NCBI GenBank assembly: GCA_963745835.1
Contig: CAVUZH010000018.1
Location: 64,001 to 128,000, forward strand
Reading direction: 5' to 3'
Length of the DNA stretch: 64,000 nt
Origin: an uncultured delta proteobacterium
Lineage (GTDB): Bacteria; Desulfobacterota; Binatia; UBA9968
In this document: positions 44,514 through 53,479 of the stretch, in pieces
Layout of the letters: each line of letters starts with the position of its first letter
How positions within the stretch are numbered: the first letter of the stretch is position 1
Made by a program: the position numbers and the translations under genes
The notes under the pieces: generated by a model
What the model saw: the letters and a program-made list of their open reading frames with translations, nothing else
Told to the model about the DNA's origin: nothing
The model's database searches: none

Positions 44514-45059
44514 ATGAAAACCTTCTTGCGAAGCCTGTTGGGCCTTTATCTGCTTGCCGTCTTAAGTGCTTGCGCCATTCCACGGTGGACGGACGGCGAA
44601 GTTCCATTTGTACCGACGCCAGTTGGGGTGGTCGATAGGATGTTGGAGATGGCGCGGGTGACCCCCGCAGACGTGATCTACGATCTCGGCAGCGGGGACG
44701 GCGTCATTATCATTCGCGCGGCCCAAAAGTTTGGGGCTCGAGGAGTTGGCATCGAGATCGATGCTGATCTTGTGCGTAAAGCTCAAGCCAATGCATTCAG
44801 AGAGAAGGTCGAGCATCTCACGGAGTTCCGTGTGCAAGATGCGCTGTCAGTGGATGTGTCTGAAGCAACGGTTGTAACGCTATACATGTTACCGGAATTC
44901 AACGCCAAGTTGCGGCCGATTCTCGACCGACAGTTAAAACCCGGCGCAAGGGTCATATCGCATGATTTTCCTGTGGAGGGTTGGGTGCCCGATCGCACGG
45001 AGCGGGTCAACGGCGACTTTCTTCACGATCACACAATTCTATTATTTGAGATCCGGTGA
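44514..45059 (+). CDS. SAM-dependent methyltransferase with lipoprotein signal
   Basis: PFVPTP, DLGSGDG, GIEID, VISHDF; lipobox LSAC; TTGACG-18-TATAAC at 44443-44472. Confidence 0.85.
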   Translation: MKTFLRSLLGLYLLAVLSACAIPRWTDGEVPFVPTPVGVVDRMLEMARVTPADVIYDLGSGDGVIIIRAAQKFGARGVGIEIDADLVRKAQANAFREKVEHLTEFRVQDALSVDVSEATVVTLYMLPEFNAKLRPILDRQLKPGARVISHDFPVEGWVPDRTERVNGDFLHDHTILLFEIR

Positions 45060-45264
45060 TGAGCCGTATTAGGAATTGTACGAAGTGCAATTTAACCTGA
45101 ATAATTGAGGTAGCGGTGTTCTGGATGTCCGGATCCCCGAAAACAATTGCTGAATGCGTATCGGCACGGTCCCCGATACTGTACTAATCAGGTTCGTAAT
45201 TGATTGCTAAGTCGCCACGTCAAGTTCGAGAGCAGTCGTCTTGACTGTCGGCATGATGGGCTAC

Positions 45265-45621
45265 CTAATATTCATTTCGTTGGCGTTCCAGTCGTTGAAT
45301 GGTCTGCCGGTTTCGGGTGATTTCAGCCTGATTTCTTTGAATTTGCTGTTGCTGCTGGTAATTGGTGATCTCCTGACCTTGAAGTTGGTCTCCCACCAGC
45401 GCGCCGGCGCCAAGACCGAAGGCTCCGCCGATTGCTGCTCCGGCACCTGGATGGCCAACAGCGGCGCCGATGAGCCCCCCTGTCGCGGCGCCGCCAAGCG
45501 CTCCGATTCCAGCCCCCTTTTCACGTGTGGACAAAGAGCCACCGGCACAGCCGGTCACTAACATTGTCCCGGCCAAAACCAAAATTTTTACACTCCCGAA
45601 AGATCTTTTCGCTGTATGCAT
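45265..45621 (-). CDS. Glycine-zipper lipoprotein
   Basis: Lipobox VTGC, GAxxGA repeats, Gln-rich coiled-coil tail. Confidence 0.8.
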   Translation of the reverse strand: MHTAKRSFGSVKILVLAGTMLVTGCAGGSLSTREKGAGIGALGGAATGGLIGAAVGHPGAGAAIGGAFGLGAGALVGDQLQGQEITNYQQQQQIQRNQAEITRNRQTIQRLERQRNEY

Positions 45622-45650
45622 ATCTTTTTCCTTTCTGTATCATGAGCGTC

Positions 45651-45953
45651 CTAAAAACGTTTGCTAGCTTTGCCGCTTCCTTTATTTTTCCGATCGGTTT
45701 GTTTCGGAGCGGTCGGCAAGCGTTCCCGGCCGTGTATACCGTCAGTTTCATCGGAGCGCACCCAGCCACGGGCCGGGTCCGCGGACCACTGCGGGTCTTG
45801 GTTTGTGATTTGTTTGCTACTATGCTTGGTGGAAGCCGTGCCATGCTGCTTATGCGGATTTTTCCCTTTGCCAGCAGCAAGGACGGAGCTTGTTACATTG
45901 GCCGTTAGCAGATTTGCGATTGCTAGCACCGCTATGTAGCTGGCTACCTTCAT
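45651..45953 (-). CDS. Secreted basic low-complexity hypothetical protein
   Basis: Signal peptide, WSADPARGWVR motif, K/H-rich. Confidence 0.6.
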   Translation of the reverse strand: MKVASYIAVLAIANLLTANVTSSVLAAGKGKNPHKQHGTASTKHSSKQITNQDPQWSADPARGWVRSDETDGIHGRERLPTAPKQTDRKNKGSGKASKRF

Positions 45954-45964
45954 AAAACATTTGA

Positions 45965-46132
45965 TTAAGCTTTTTTCGCTTCCATCGTGCTCATAGTCAC
46001 AGCTGCAATAGCGTGCGCGGATACTGACGGCTGAGCGAGTTTGTTCATATCAATTTTTTCAATGTTGTCGTTAAAGCAACGAACGATCGCGTTAAGTAAC
46101 CCCATAACCTCAATAAAATGATCTGATTGCAT
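45965..46132 (-). CDS. 55-aa small ORF (MQSDHFIEVMG...MEAKKA), below the ORF-track cutoff
   Basis: GGAGG RBS 7 nt before ATG, open to TAA 45965, just downstream of a sigma54 promoter. Confidence 0.5.
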   Translation of the reverse strand: MQSDHFIEVMGLLNAIVRCFNDNIEKIDMNKLAQPSVSAHAIAAVTMSTMEAKKA

Positions 46133-46169
46133 ATTGAATCCTCCCTAAGCTCTCGGGAGCCCTGTCAAC

Positions 46170-46184
46170 GCAACTCAAATGCCA
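46170..46184 (-). promoter_or_regulatory. sigma54 -24/-12 promoter
   Basis: Minus strand reads TGGCAT-TTGAG-TTGC. Confidence 0.75.
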
Positions 46185-46437
46185 CTAGAAAGAATATTAT
46201 AGATCAGCTATTTACGGTCTTCGCCATGTTATCGGGGAGCGGTAAAAAAGTTATGGTCAGGAAAGAAATACGTGGTCAAGCAAACCCGACTGATAATAGC
46301 CAGTGCCGAAAGCCGATCCTTCACAACTATCCAATAGTATTCTCCTTCACACCATCAGGCGCACGCAGCAGGGGAGTATCACCGCTGGAGACGACGGCCA
46401 AAAATGCACGGCGGGGTTTTGAGCTATCGGAAGAGTT

Positions 46438-47793
46438 TTATGCTTTGCCGTAGAGCACGAGCTTGGCGCTCAGAGTTTTCGGGGTAATACCGAGTAGGCG
46501 CGCAGCTTGGGTTTTGTTGCCTTCACTCGCGACTAACGCCTTTTCAATTGCTTGATGTTCGGCTTCTGCCAGAGACATAGGTGCCAATTCAGATTTTTCT
46601 TCGACCACCGCTTTGAGGCAGAACTGCTCAAAATCTCTGGCCGTCAGAGTCGGGCCGGGGGATAAGACCGAGAGACGTTCCATGGCATTGCGTAACTCTC
46701 GCACGTTGCCAGGCCAGGAGTGAGATTGCAGTGCAGTTGTGTAATCCCCCGCCCACTCTGGTACCGGCCGATGGTATTTCGTGGCGAAGAATTCCAGAAA
46801 ATAGTTTGCGAGCAGCGGGATATCCTCGCTACGTTGCCGCAGCGGCGGTAATTCAAGATGAAAAACGCTCAATCGATAAAAGAGATCCTGCCGCAGCTTG
46901 CTGTCTTTAACCGCGCTTGCGGGCTCGCGATTGGTGGCTGCCACTACTCTGACCGACACAGGAATATTTGCATTGCCGCCGATGCGTCGCACCTGCCGTT
47001 CTTCCAGAACTCGAAGAAATTTGGCCTGGACCTCCATGGGCATCTCAGTAATCTCATCGAGAAAGAGTGTGCCGCCGTCAGTTTGTTCGAAACAACCGGG
47101 GTGTCGTTCAATAGCATTGGTAAAGGCGCCCTTCTCGTGGCCGAAAAGTTCGCTTTCCATCAGTGTTGCCGAAATGGCTGCGCAGTTAAGCGCAAAAAAA
47201 GTAGCCTCACGCCTCGGTGAAAGTTCGTGCAATGTTTGGGCGACGAGCTCTTTGCCGGTGCCGCTCTCGCCGCTGATTAAAACCGACGCATCAGTGGCGG
47301 CAATCTGGCTGATTTGCTGGTAGAGCTGGCGCATGGGCGCGGATTTGCCGATGACCGAGCCGTAAGAACCCAACGGCGACTCGAGTTTGCGGCGTAGTGC
47401 AACGGCTTCGCGAGCAAGCGCAACCTGCTTCAGCGCCTTCTCAAGCGTGATTCGCAGTCGCTCGGGCTCGAGCGGCTTGGGTAAATAGTCATAGGCACCG
47501 AGCTTGATGGCTTGCACTGCGGTATCCACGGTCGCCTGACCAGTGACAAAGACAACCGCCATTTGTCGCACCCGTTCTCCCAAAGATTCGACGAATTGAA
47601 GTCCATTCATGCCAGGCATCATGAGATCGGTAACAATGGCATGGGGTAATTCCTTATCGCAGCTTTTCAACGCGGTCGCTCCGTCGGCAGCATCGAAAGT
47701 ATTGTAGCCCCAGTTTTGAAGCAGCGCCGTCAAGCCTTGGCGGGTGACGGAGTCATCATCGACTACAAGAACAATGGCGCGCGGGCGAGCCAT
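46438..47793 (-). CDS. sigma54-dependent response regulator (NtrC/ZraR/AtoC family)
   Basis: REC, GESGTGKE, GAFTNA variant of GAFTGA, WPGNVREL, Fis HTH. Confidence 0.95.
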   Translation of the reverse strand: MARPRAIVLVVDDDSVTRQGLTALLQNWGYNTFDAADGATALKSCDKELPHAIVTDLMMPGMNGLQFVESLGERVRQMAVVFVTGQATVDTAVQAIKLGAYDYLPKPLEPERLRITLEKALKQVALAREAVALRRKLESPLGSYGSVIGKSAPMRQLYQQISQIAATDASVLISGESGTGKELVAQTLHELSPRREATFFALNCAAISATLMESELFGHEKGAFTNAIERHPGCFEQTDGGTLFLDEITEMPMEVQAKFLRVLEERQVRRIGGNANIPVSVRVVAATNREPASAVKDSKLRQDLFYRLSVFHLELPPLRQRSEDIPLLANYFLEFFATKYHRPVPEWAGDYTTALQSHSWPGNVRELRNAMERLSVLSPGPTLTARDFEQFCLKAVVEEKSELAPMSLAEAEHQAIEKALVASEGNKTQAARLLGITPKTLSAKLVLYGKA

Positions 47794-47795
47794 AA

Positions 47796-49328
47796 TCAGC
47801 TAGGCTCCAGCGGAAGAATCAAGCGAAAGGTAGCGCCGTGACCGTTGCCCTGATAAGTCAGCGATCCGCCGTGCGCTTCGACGATCAATTGGCTTAGCGG
47901 CAACCCGATACCACTGCCCGAGATTTTTGTCGTTTTGCCAAATTCGAAAAGCTCCGGTTCTTGCTCCGGTGAGACTCCGGGTCCAGCATCGTTGATATGC
48001 ACCATTATTCGAGAGTCATCCTTCTCTGCCATAACGCGGATCTCGCCTCCGTCCGGCTGCGCCTCCATGGCATTGCGCAGCAGATTATCGAAGGCTTGAC
48101 GCAATCGAGTCGCGTCTCCTTGGACTTGCCAAGGTCCTTGAAGCGTTTCCTGGACAAGGCTGATGTTTTGGGCTGCGCAAGCTGACCCGATCGCTTCCAA
48201 GCTAGTCCTTAGAACTTCGGCTACATCCACCGGTTTATGTTCCATAGTGACTGGAGCGGAATAATCTGTGAAATCTCGTATCAGCCGATTCACTTGGCGC
48301 AGGCTCGAATCAAGCGCTGCAATGGAACGGTGCTGCTGATCGATTGCATCATTTGACTCTTCGGTAGATTGCGCCGGACTGCGCAGGAGCTCGAGATGAA
48401 TGGCCAGGGCGTTCAGCGGCGTTCGGACTTCGTGCGCCAGAGTGCGCGCGGCAAGCGCTAACCGTTGTGCAGGTGCGGGTGCGGCAACCTTCTTCCGCTG
48501 CTTCATCACCAGACGATCGATAAGATCCAAGCTAGTGCCCACTTCGTCCTCTCTGGCATACTCGGGACGAGCGGCGTAAGTTCCCGCTTCCGCTTGGCGT
48601 AGAGTTTCGCTGATAATGCTAAACCGGCGCGTATAAAGCGCGGTGGTCAGAAATGCGCTAAGCAGAGCGATGCCGCCACCCAACGCAAATAGTAGAGTTA
48701 GCTGTCGCCACATGCCGGTCAGAAGCTCAGTCCAGTCGGCTGGATTGATCCATAAGCGCAATCCGCCTGGGCCACGCGCCCCCTCCGGCATCTGCAACGG
48801 CACCAGTACATCATAGTAGGTTGCTTTGCCTTGAGTTCGAGAATTGATCAGGGTAACCCCGCCACGCAACGCTTCATGGAATTGCGCATTTCTATATGCT
48901 TCCGTGTCTTCCTGTCCCGCTGAGCTATAAAGGACCATTCCCTCGGCATTCAGGACCCACATCGCCTCGATACTACCGCTTCGATCAACGTAAGCGCGCA
49001 TGAGTCCTTTCACTTCCTCATGGCGCGATGGCCTGCGGACGGTGGTTTGTTGCCGGTTTGCGCTGCTTTTGCCGGGGAATATATTTCCCAGAAAACTCCA
49101 AAACGAGGATGATTGGGTTCGCGACGGCCCGGTTTGGACGATAACCGGACGCTGTTTCAGGCTATCGGCTAAGGCGATTTCCACCTGGCGCGCCATCAGC
49201 AGGGCCGTTTGTAGTGTGGCCTCGGTAGTAAGCCGTTGTGCGATCAGCCAGACACCCGCGGCGAACAGACCCGATATGATAAGTATGGTGCCCAGGAAAA
49301 CCGCTATTTGCTGCTGCCGCAAACTCAT
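47796..49328 (-). CDS. Membrane sensor histidine kinase
   Basis: Two TMs, HAMP-like region, LAHEVRTPL, NLLRNA, DAGPG, GSGIGL. Confidence 0.92.
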   Translation of the reverse strand: MSLRQQQIAVFLGTILIISGLFAAGVWLIAQRLTTEATLQTALLMARQVEIALADSLKQRPVIVQTGPSRTQSSSFWSFLGNIFPGKSSANRQQTTVRRPSRHEEVKGLMRAYVDRSGSIEAMWVLNAEGMVLYSSAGQEDTEAYRNAQFHEALRGGVTLINSRTQGKATYYDVLVPLQMPEGARGPGGLRLWINPADWTELLTGMWRQLTLLFALGGGIALLSAFLTTALYTRRFSIISETLRQAEAGTYAARPEYAREDEVGTSLDLIDRLVMKQRKKVAAPAPAQRLALAARTLAHEVRTPLNALAIHLELLRSPAQSTEESNDAIDQQHRSIAALDSSLRQVNRLIRDFTDYSAPVTMEHKPVDVAEVLRTSLEAIGSACAAQNISLVQETLQGPWQVQGDATRLRQAFDNLLRNAMEAQPDGGEIRVMAEKDDSRIMVHINDAGPGVSPEQEPELFEFGKTTKISGSGIGLPLSQLIVEAHGGSLTYQGNGHGATFRLILPLEPS

Positions 49329-49421
49329 GCCGGCGCAGGATAACAGATCGTCCAAAGCCAGCAAAGTTGAACTGCTGGCCGAACTTGCGCCTCTAGCACC
49401 TTTGCTGCATAGTTAATTCCT

Positions 49422-50432
49422 ATGCTGGTGGATGCTTTAAATCGGCCGATCAAAGATCTCAGAATATCAGTGACTGACAGATGTAACTTTCGTTGCAGCT
49501 ACTGCATGCCGCTGGATGAATACGATTGGATCCATAAGAAGGAGATTCTCACTTTCGAAGAAATTTCACGGTTGGCAACCCTATTTGTCAGACTCGGGGT
49601 CGAGAAGATCCGTCTCACCGGTGGCGAACCGCTGGTCAGGCAGAATCTCGATAGGCTAGTGGCCAAGCTTTCCTCAATTGGCGGGCTTAAGGACTTGTGC
49701 CTGACTACGAACGGGGCTCTGCTTGCCGAAAAAGTCGTAGCACTTAAAGCATCGGGTCTGAAGCGCGTCAACATCAGCGTTGACTCGCTGAGCCCCGAGA
49801 AGTTCAGACAAATGACTAAGCGCGGCGACTTGAGCAAGGTCTTGGAGGGCATTTTTGCGGCTAAGCAGCATGGCCTTGATCCGATAAAACTGAATGCGGT
49901 GATCGAAAAAGGCTTAAATGAAGATGACATCTTGAGCCTGGTCGAGTTCTCACGTGACAATGGCTTTGCCCTGCGCTTCATCGAATATATGGACGTCGGC
50001 AATTCCAACGATTGGACATCCGGAAAACTCGTCTCAAAAAAAGAGATCATTGAGAAGATAAACGCTCAATATCCGCTTAAGGAAGTTGGACGCGCCGGAG
50101 GAAGCGCACCTTCGGTGGACTATGAGTTTATCGATGGCCGCGGGGATGTCGGTGTGATTGCTTCGGTAACCGAGCCGTTCTGCTCGAGCTGCACGCGTGT
50201 GCGGCTCACCGCGGATGGGAGAATTGTAACCTGCCTATTCTCTGGCATCGGTTACGATGTCAAAGGATTGTTACGCGGCGGCGCAACGGACGAGGAGATT
50301 AGCAAATTTATTGTCTCGATCTGGGAGAAGCGGGCCGACCGTTATTCGGCCGAACGGTTGGAAGCTCTTCGGTCGGCCAACTACGACCCTAAGAATCACA
50401 AAAAAATCGAGATGATCTCGTTAGGCGGCTAA
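49422..50432 (+). CDS. moaA: GTP 3',8-cyclase
   Basis: LRISVTDRCNFRCSYC, FCSSC..R.R, C-terminal GG. Confidence 0.97.
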   Translation: MLVDALNRPIKDLRISVTDRCNFRCSYCMPLDEYDWIHKKEILTFEEISRLATLFVRLGVEKIRLTGGEPLVRQNLDRLVAKLSSIGGLKDLCLTTNGALLAEKVVALKASGLKRVNISVDSLSPEKFRQMTKRGDLSKVLEGIFAAKQHGLDPIKLNAVIEKGLNEDDILSLVEFSRDNGFALRFIEYMDVGNSNDWTSGKLVSKKEIIEKINAQYPLKEVGRAGGSAPSVDYEFIDGRGDVGVIASVTEPFCSSCTRVRLTADGRIVTCLFSGIGYDVKGLLRGGATDEEISKFIVSIWEKRADRYSAERLEALRSANYDPKNHKKIEMISLGG

Positions 50433-50700
50433 GGAATCAGTCTTAGTATCATGGGGTAGCATGCCGTCCTCCACTCCGCCTCGCCGCTCAGGCGAAGGCT
50501 TGCAACACACATAGTCCTGTGTTTCCTATCGCCAAGTGAAATCGTCGCGCTACTCTTCCTTGCGCCAATTAGCTGACGGCAGCAGCAGCGAGCGGGAGTA
50601 AAATCAGGTAAGTACCTCGCGCGCAACTCAACTGGACAAAGACGATGCCCCGTGGAAGAATTCCCCGTACCTCAAGCGGAGTTTTTGAAGGAGAACGATA

Positions 50701-51690
50701 ATGCTCAAAGTTATACCTGTTGAAGAAGCCGTGGGACTTCCACTCGCCCACGATATCACCGAGATCGTACCTGGAAAGCACAAGGGGCCGGCGTTTCGGC
50801 GGGGTCACATTGTACGTAAAGAAGATATCTCAAAGCTGCTCGATGTCGGCAAGCGAAATCTGTACGTTATGGAGCTCGATAGTGATGAGCTGCACGAGGA
50901 AGACGCGGCGCACAGATTGGCAAAAGCAGCCGCGGGTCCCAATCTCAAGCTGGTTGGCCCGAGTGAAGGTAGAGTAAATCTAGTGGCAGAGATTTCCGGA
51001 TTGCTGAAAATCGACTCTGATCTGCTCTATCGTCTCAATTCCCTGGGTGATCTGATGATGGCAACATTGCTGTCCGATCGTTATGTGAACAACGGCGATG
51101 TGGTGGCCGGTACACGAACAATCCCAGTCGTAGTGAAAGAAGAATTGATTCAGCGAGCTGAGGCTTTATGTAAAGATCATCCCATCGTACGAATTTTGCC
51201 GATGCCGCCGCGGCGCATTCATCTGATCGTTACTGGCAGCGAAGTTTACACGGGGAGAATTCAAGACGGTTTTGAGCCTGTAGTTCGGCGGAAGGCCGCC
51301 GCAATGGGATCTGATTTGGCCGATAAGCAAGTTGCCAATGACGATCCCGATCAAATTGCCAAGCTTATCCAAGAGGCCCAACGAAGCGGCGCAGAGATAA
51401 TTCTGGTCAGCGGTGGAATGTCGGTCGATCCCGACGACAAAACACCAGAAGGGATCCGCCGCAGCGGCGCGACAATAGAATCTCACGGTTTTCCGTTGCT
51501 TCCAGGTTCGATGTTTCTAATGGCTTATTTAAGCGGTACGCCGATTTTGGGATTGTCGGGCTGTGTCTTGCATGATCCGTTCAGCGCTTTTGATATCCTC
51601 CTCCCGCGCCTTTTGGCGGGAGATAAGATAACCCGAGCGGACATCATGGCGATGGGCCACGGCGGGCTGCAGAAGAAACACGATCACTAA
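50701..51690 (+). CDS. Molybdopterin-binding (MoeA/MoCF biosynthesis domain) protein
   Basis: LAHDITEI, TGSEV, GGMSVDPDD, LPGSMF. Confidence 0.85.
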   Translation: MLKVIPVEEAVGLPLAHDITEIVPGKHKGPAFRRGHIVRKEDISKLLDVGKRNLYVMELDSDELHEEDAAHRLAKAAAGPNLKLVGPSEGRVNLVAEISGLLKIDSDLLYRLNSLGDLMMATLLSDRYVNNGDVVAGTRTIPVVVKEELIQRAEALCKDHPIVRILPMPPRRIHLIVTGSEVYTGRIQDGFEPVVRRKAAAMGSDLADKQVANDDPDQIAKLIQEAQRSGAEIILVSGGMSVDPDDKTPEGIRRSGATIESHGFPLLPGSMFLMAYLSGTPILGLSGCVLHDPFSAFDILLPRLLAGDKITRADIMAMGHGGLQKKHDH

Positions 51691-51704
51691 GGATGGAGGA
51701 AACG

Positions 51705-52355
51705 ATGGAAATACTAAAGACCCTGAAAGACCGTTGCGACCCGCGTTATGCCGCGTTGATTGTGGTCGATGTCCAAAATGATTTCGTTAGCCCGGAAGGG
51801 AGCGCGGGCAAGCGCGGCGACGATGTCGGCGCGGCAATGGCTATGATACCGAACCTGACGGGGCTTATCGGTCAAGCTCGAAAAGTAGGCCTTACAGTCG
51901 TTTATATAAGAACCACACACAGCGATTGGACCGACACGCCGTCCTGGATTTATCGCACATCGCAAAAAAGCGGTTTGAGTACTTGCCGCGAAGGAACTTG
52001 GGGTGCGGAATTTTATGATGGAATTGCGCCGCTTCCGAGTGAGAGAGTCGTGATCAAGCACCGCTACAGCGCCTTTATCAACACGGATCTGAACACCGTG
52101 TTGAAAGCCCGTGGCATTCAAAGCATTCTGGTTTGCGGGGTAGCGACCAATGTTTGCGTCGAAACGACCGCGCGAGACGGTTATATGTACGATTATTACG
52201 TGACGATGATCGATGATTGCTCCGCTGCTTACGATGCCAAGCTACACATGAGTACACTAGAGAACATTCGACGCCATTTCGGCCTCGTGGCTTCGTCACA
52301 ACAAATTATTGAATCGTGGAGTGGACTGCCCGTGAAACGGGCGATGGGCTTATAG
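51705..52355 (+). CDS. Isochorismatase/cysteine hydrolase (RutB-like)
   Basis: VVDVQNDF, KHRYSAF, ATNVCVETTARD. Confidence 0.88.
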   Translation: MEILKTLKDRCDPRYAALIVVDVQNDFVSPEGSAGKRGDDVGAAMAMIPNLTGLIGQARKVGLTVVYIRTTHSDWTDTPSWIYRTSQKSGLSTCREGTWGAEFYDGIAPLPSERVVIKHRYSAFINTDLNTVLKARGIQSILVCGVATNVCVETTARDGYMYDYYVTMIDDCSAAYDAKLHMSTLENIRRHFGLVASSQQIIESWSGLPVKRAMGL

Positions 52356-52367
52356 TGGGTCGGATTG

Positions 52368-52407
52368 CAAAAGAGCCTGGCGCGGATTGACCGGCCAGGC
52401 TCTTTTG
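52368..52407. terminator. Bidirectional intrinsic terminator between convergent genes
   Basis: CAAAAGAGCCTGG...CCAGGCTCTTTTG. Confidence 0.8.
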
Positions 52408-52429
52408 GTTCGGGTGCGCAACGCTCCGC

Positions 52430-53458
52430 TTACTTCATCATCTCTGCATTGAGCTGATCTAACGCTTCGAGCGGAGGCTGAAGATCGGCCTGGGTTAGCT
52501 CCGACAAGGGAATGTCGCACAGGTTCAATTCCTCGGCGAATTCTTTCCGATGCGGGTTGTAGTAAATCAAACCGGTCAAGAATTTTCCTTCGGCGATGGC
52601 TGCATGAATCGCTTGTATCGCTTGCGCTTTGTTGGTTGGGTCATAGTCTTTGCCTAATTTGTGCAAGACAATCCGTGAGCCGTCGTGCAAAGACACTTCG
52701 TGATCAGTACCTTCATCATAGTCAGCTTCAATATTTTCAAGGGGAGGAATGAAGTCCAGGTCGTGAATGGGATCGAGGTGACCTTTGACATATTTGAGGC
52801 TCTTGGTCGACCCTTCGTGGTTGTTAAACGTCACGCACGGGCTGATGACGTCCAGAATGGCGCTTCCTTTGTGATGTAGAGAGCCTTGGACCAAAGGAGT
52901 TAACTGCTTGCGATCACCGGAGAAACTTCGCGCGACATAGGTCGCTCCGAGGGTGATTGCCAACTCCGCAAGATCGATCGCCGGTATGTCATTGACTTTG
53001 CCGCCCTTCATTACCGATCCGACATCAGCGGTGGCCGAAAACTGGCCTTTGGTCAGCCCGTAGACACCATTGTTCTCGATTATGTAGGTGATGTTAACGT
53101 TGCGTCGCATCATATGACAAAAATTTCCCAAGCCGATGGCCGAAGTATCGCCATCGCCGGATACGCCAATAGGCATCAGCGTGTGGTTTGCCAAATTAGC
53201 TCCGGTCGCCACCGCTGACATTCTGCCGTGTACGGCATTGAAACCAAACGATTGACTTAGAAAGTATGCCGGGGTCTTCGATGAACAACCGATGCCGCTT
53301 AACTTAACGACTTTTCTCGGATCGATGCTGCTTTCGTAATAAGCCCGTATCACCGATGCTGAGATCGCGTCATGACCGCAGCCGCGGCACATGGTAGATG
53401 GTGCGCCTTCATAGTCTTTTTCCGACAAATTAATACGATTGAGTTTCGCTTCTGCCAT
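52430..53458 (-). CDS. 2-oxoacid:ferredoxin oxidoreductase beta subunit
   Basis: CRGCG, SGIGCS, HGR, GDGD, YGLTKGQ. Confidence 0.95.
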   Translation of the reverse strand: MAEAKLNRINLSEKDYEGAPSTMCRGCGHDAISASVIRAYYESSIDPRKVVKLSGIGCSSKTPAYFLSQSFGFNAVHGRMSAVATGANLANHTLMPIGVSGDGDTSAIGLGNFCHMMRRNVNITYIIENNGVYGLTKGQFSATADVGSVMKGGKVNDIPAIDLAELAITLGATYVARSFSGDRKQLTPLVQGSLHHKGSAILDVISPCVTFNNHEGSTKSLKYVKGHLDPIHDLDFIPPLENIEADYDEGTDHEVSLHDGSRIVLHKLGKDYDPTNKAQAIQAIHAAIAEGKFLTGLIYYNPHRKEFAEELNLCDIPLSELTQADLQPPLEALDQLNAEMMK

Positions 53459-53479
53459 TTCTCTGTCCTTATTGTAAGA

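Noticed and set aside
50433-50700. Moco riboswitch between moaA and the molybdopterin-binding gene
   Set aside because: No recognisable conserved motif by eye; needs an Rfam scan
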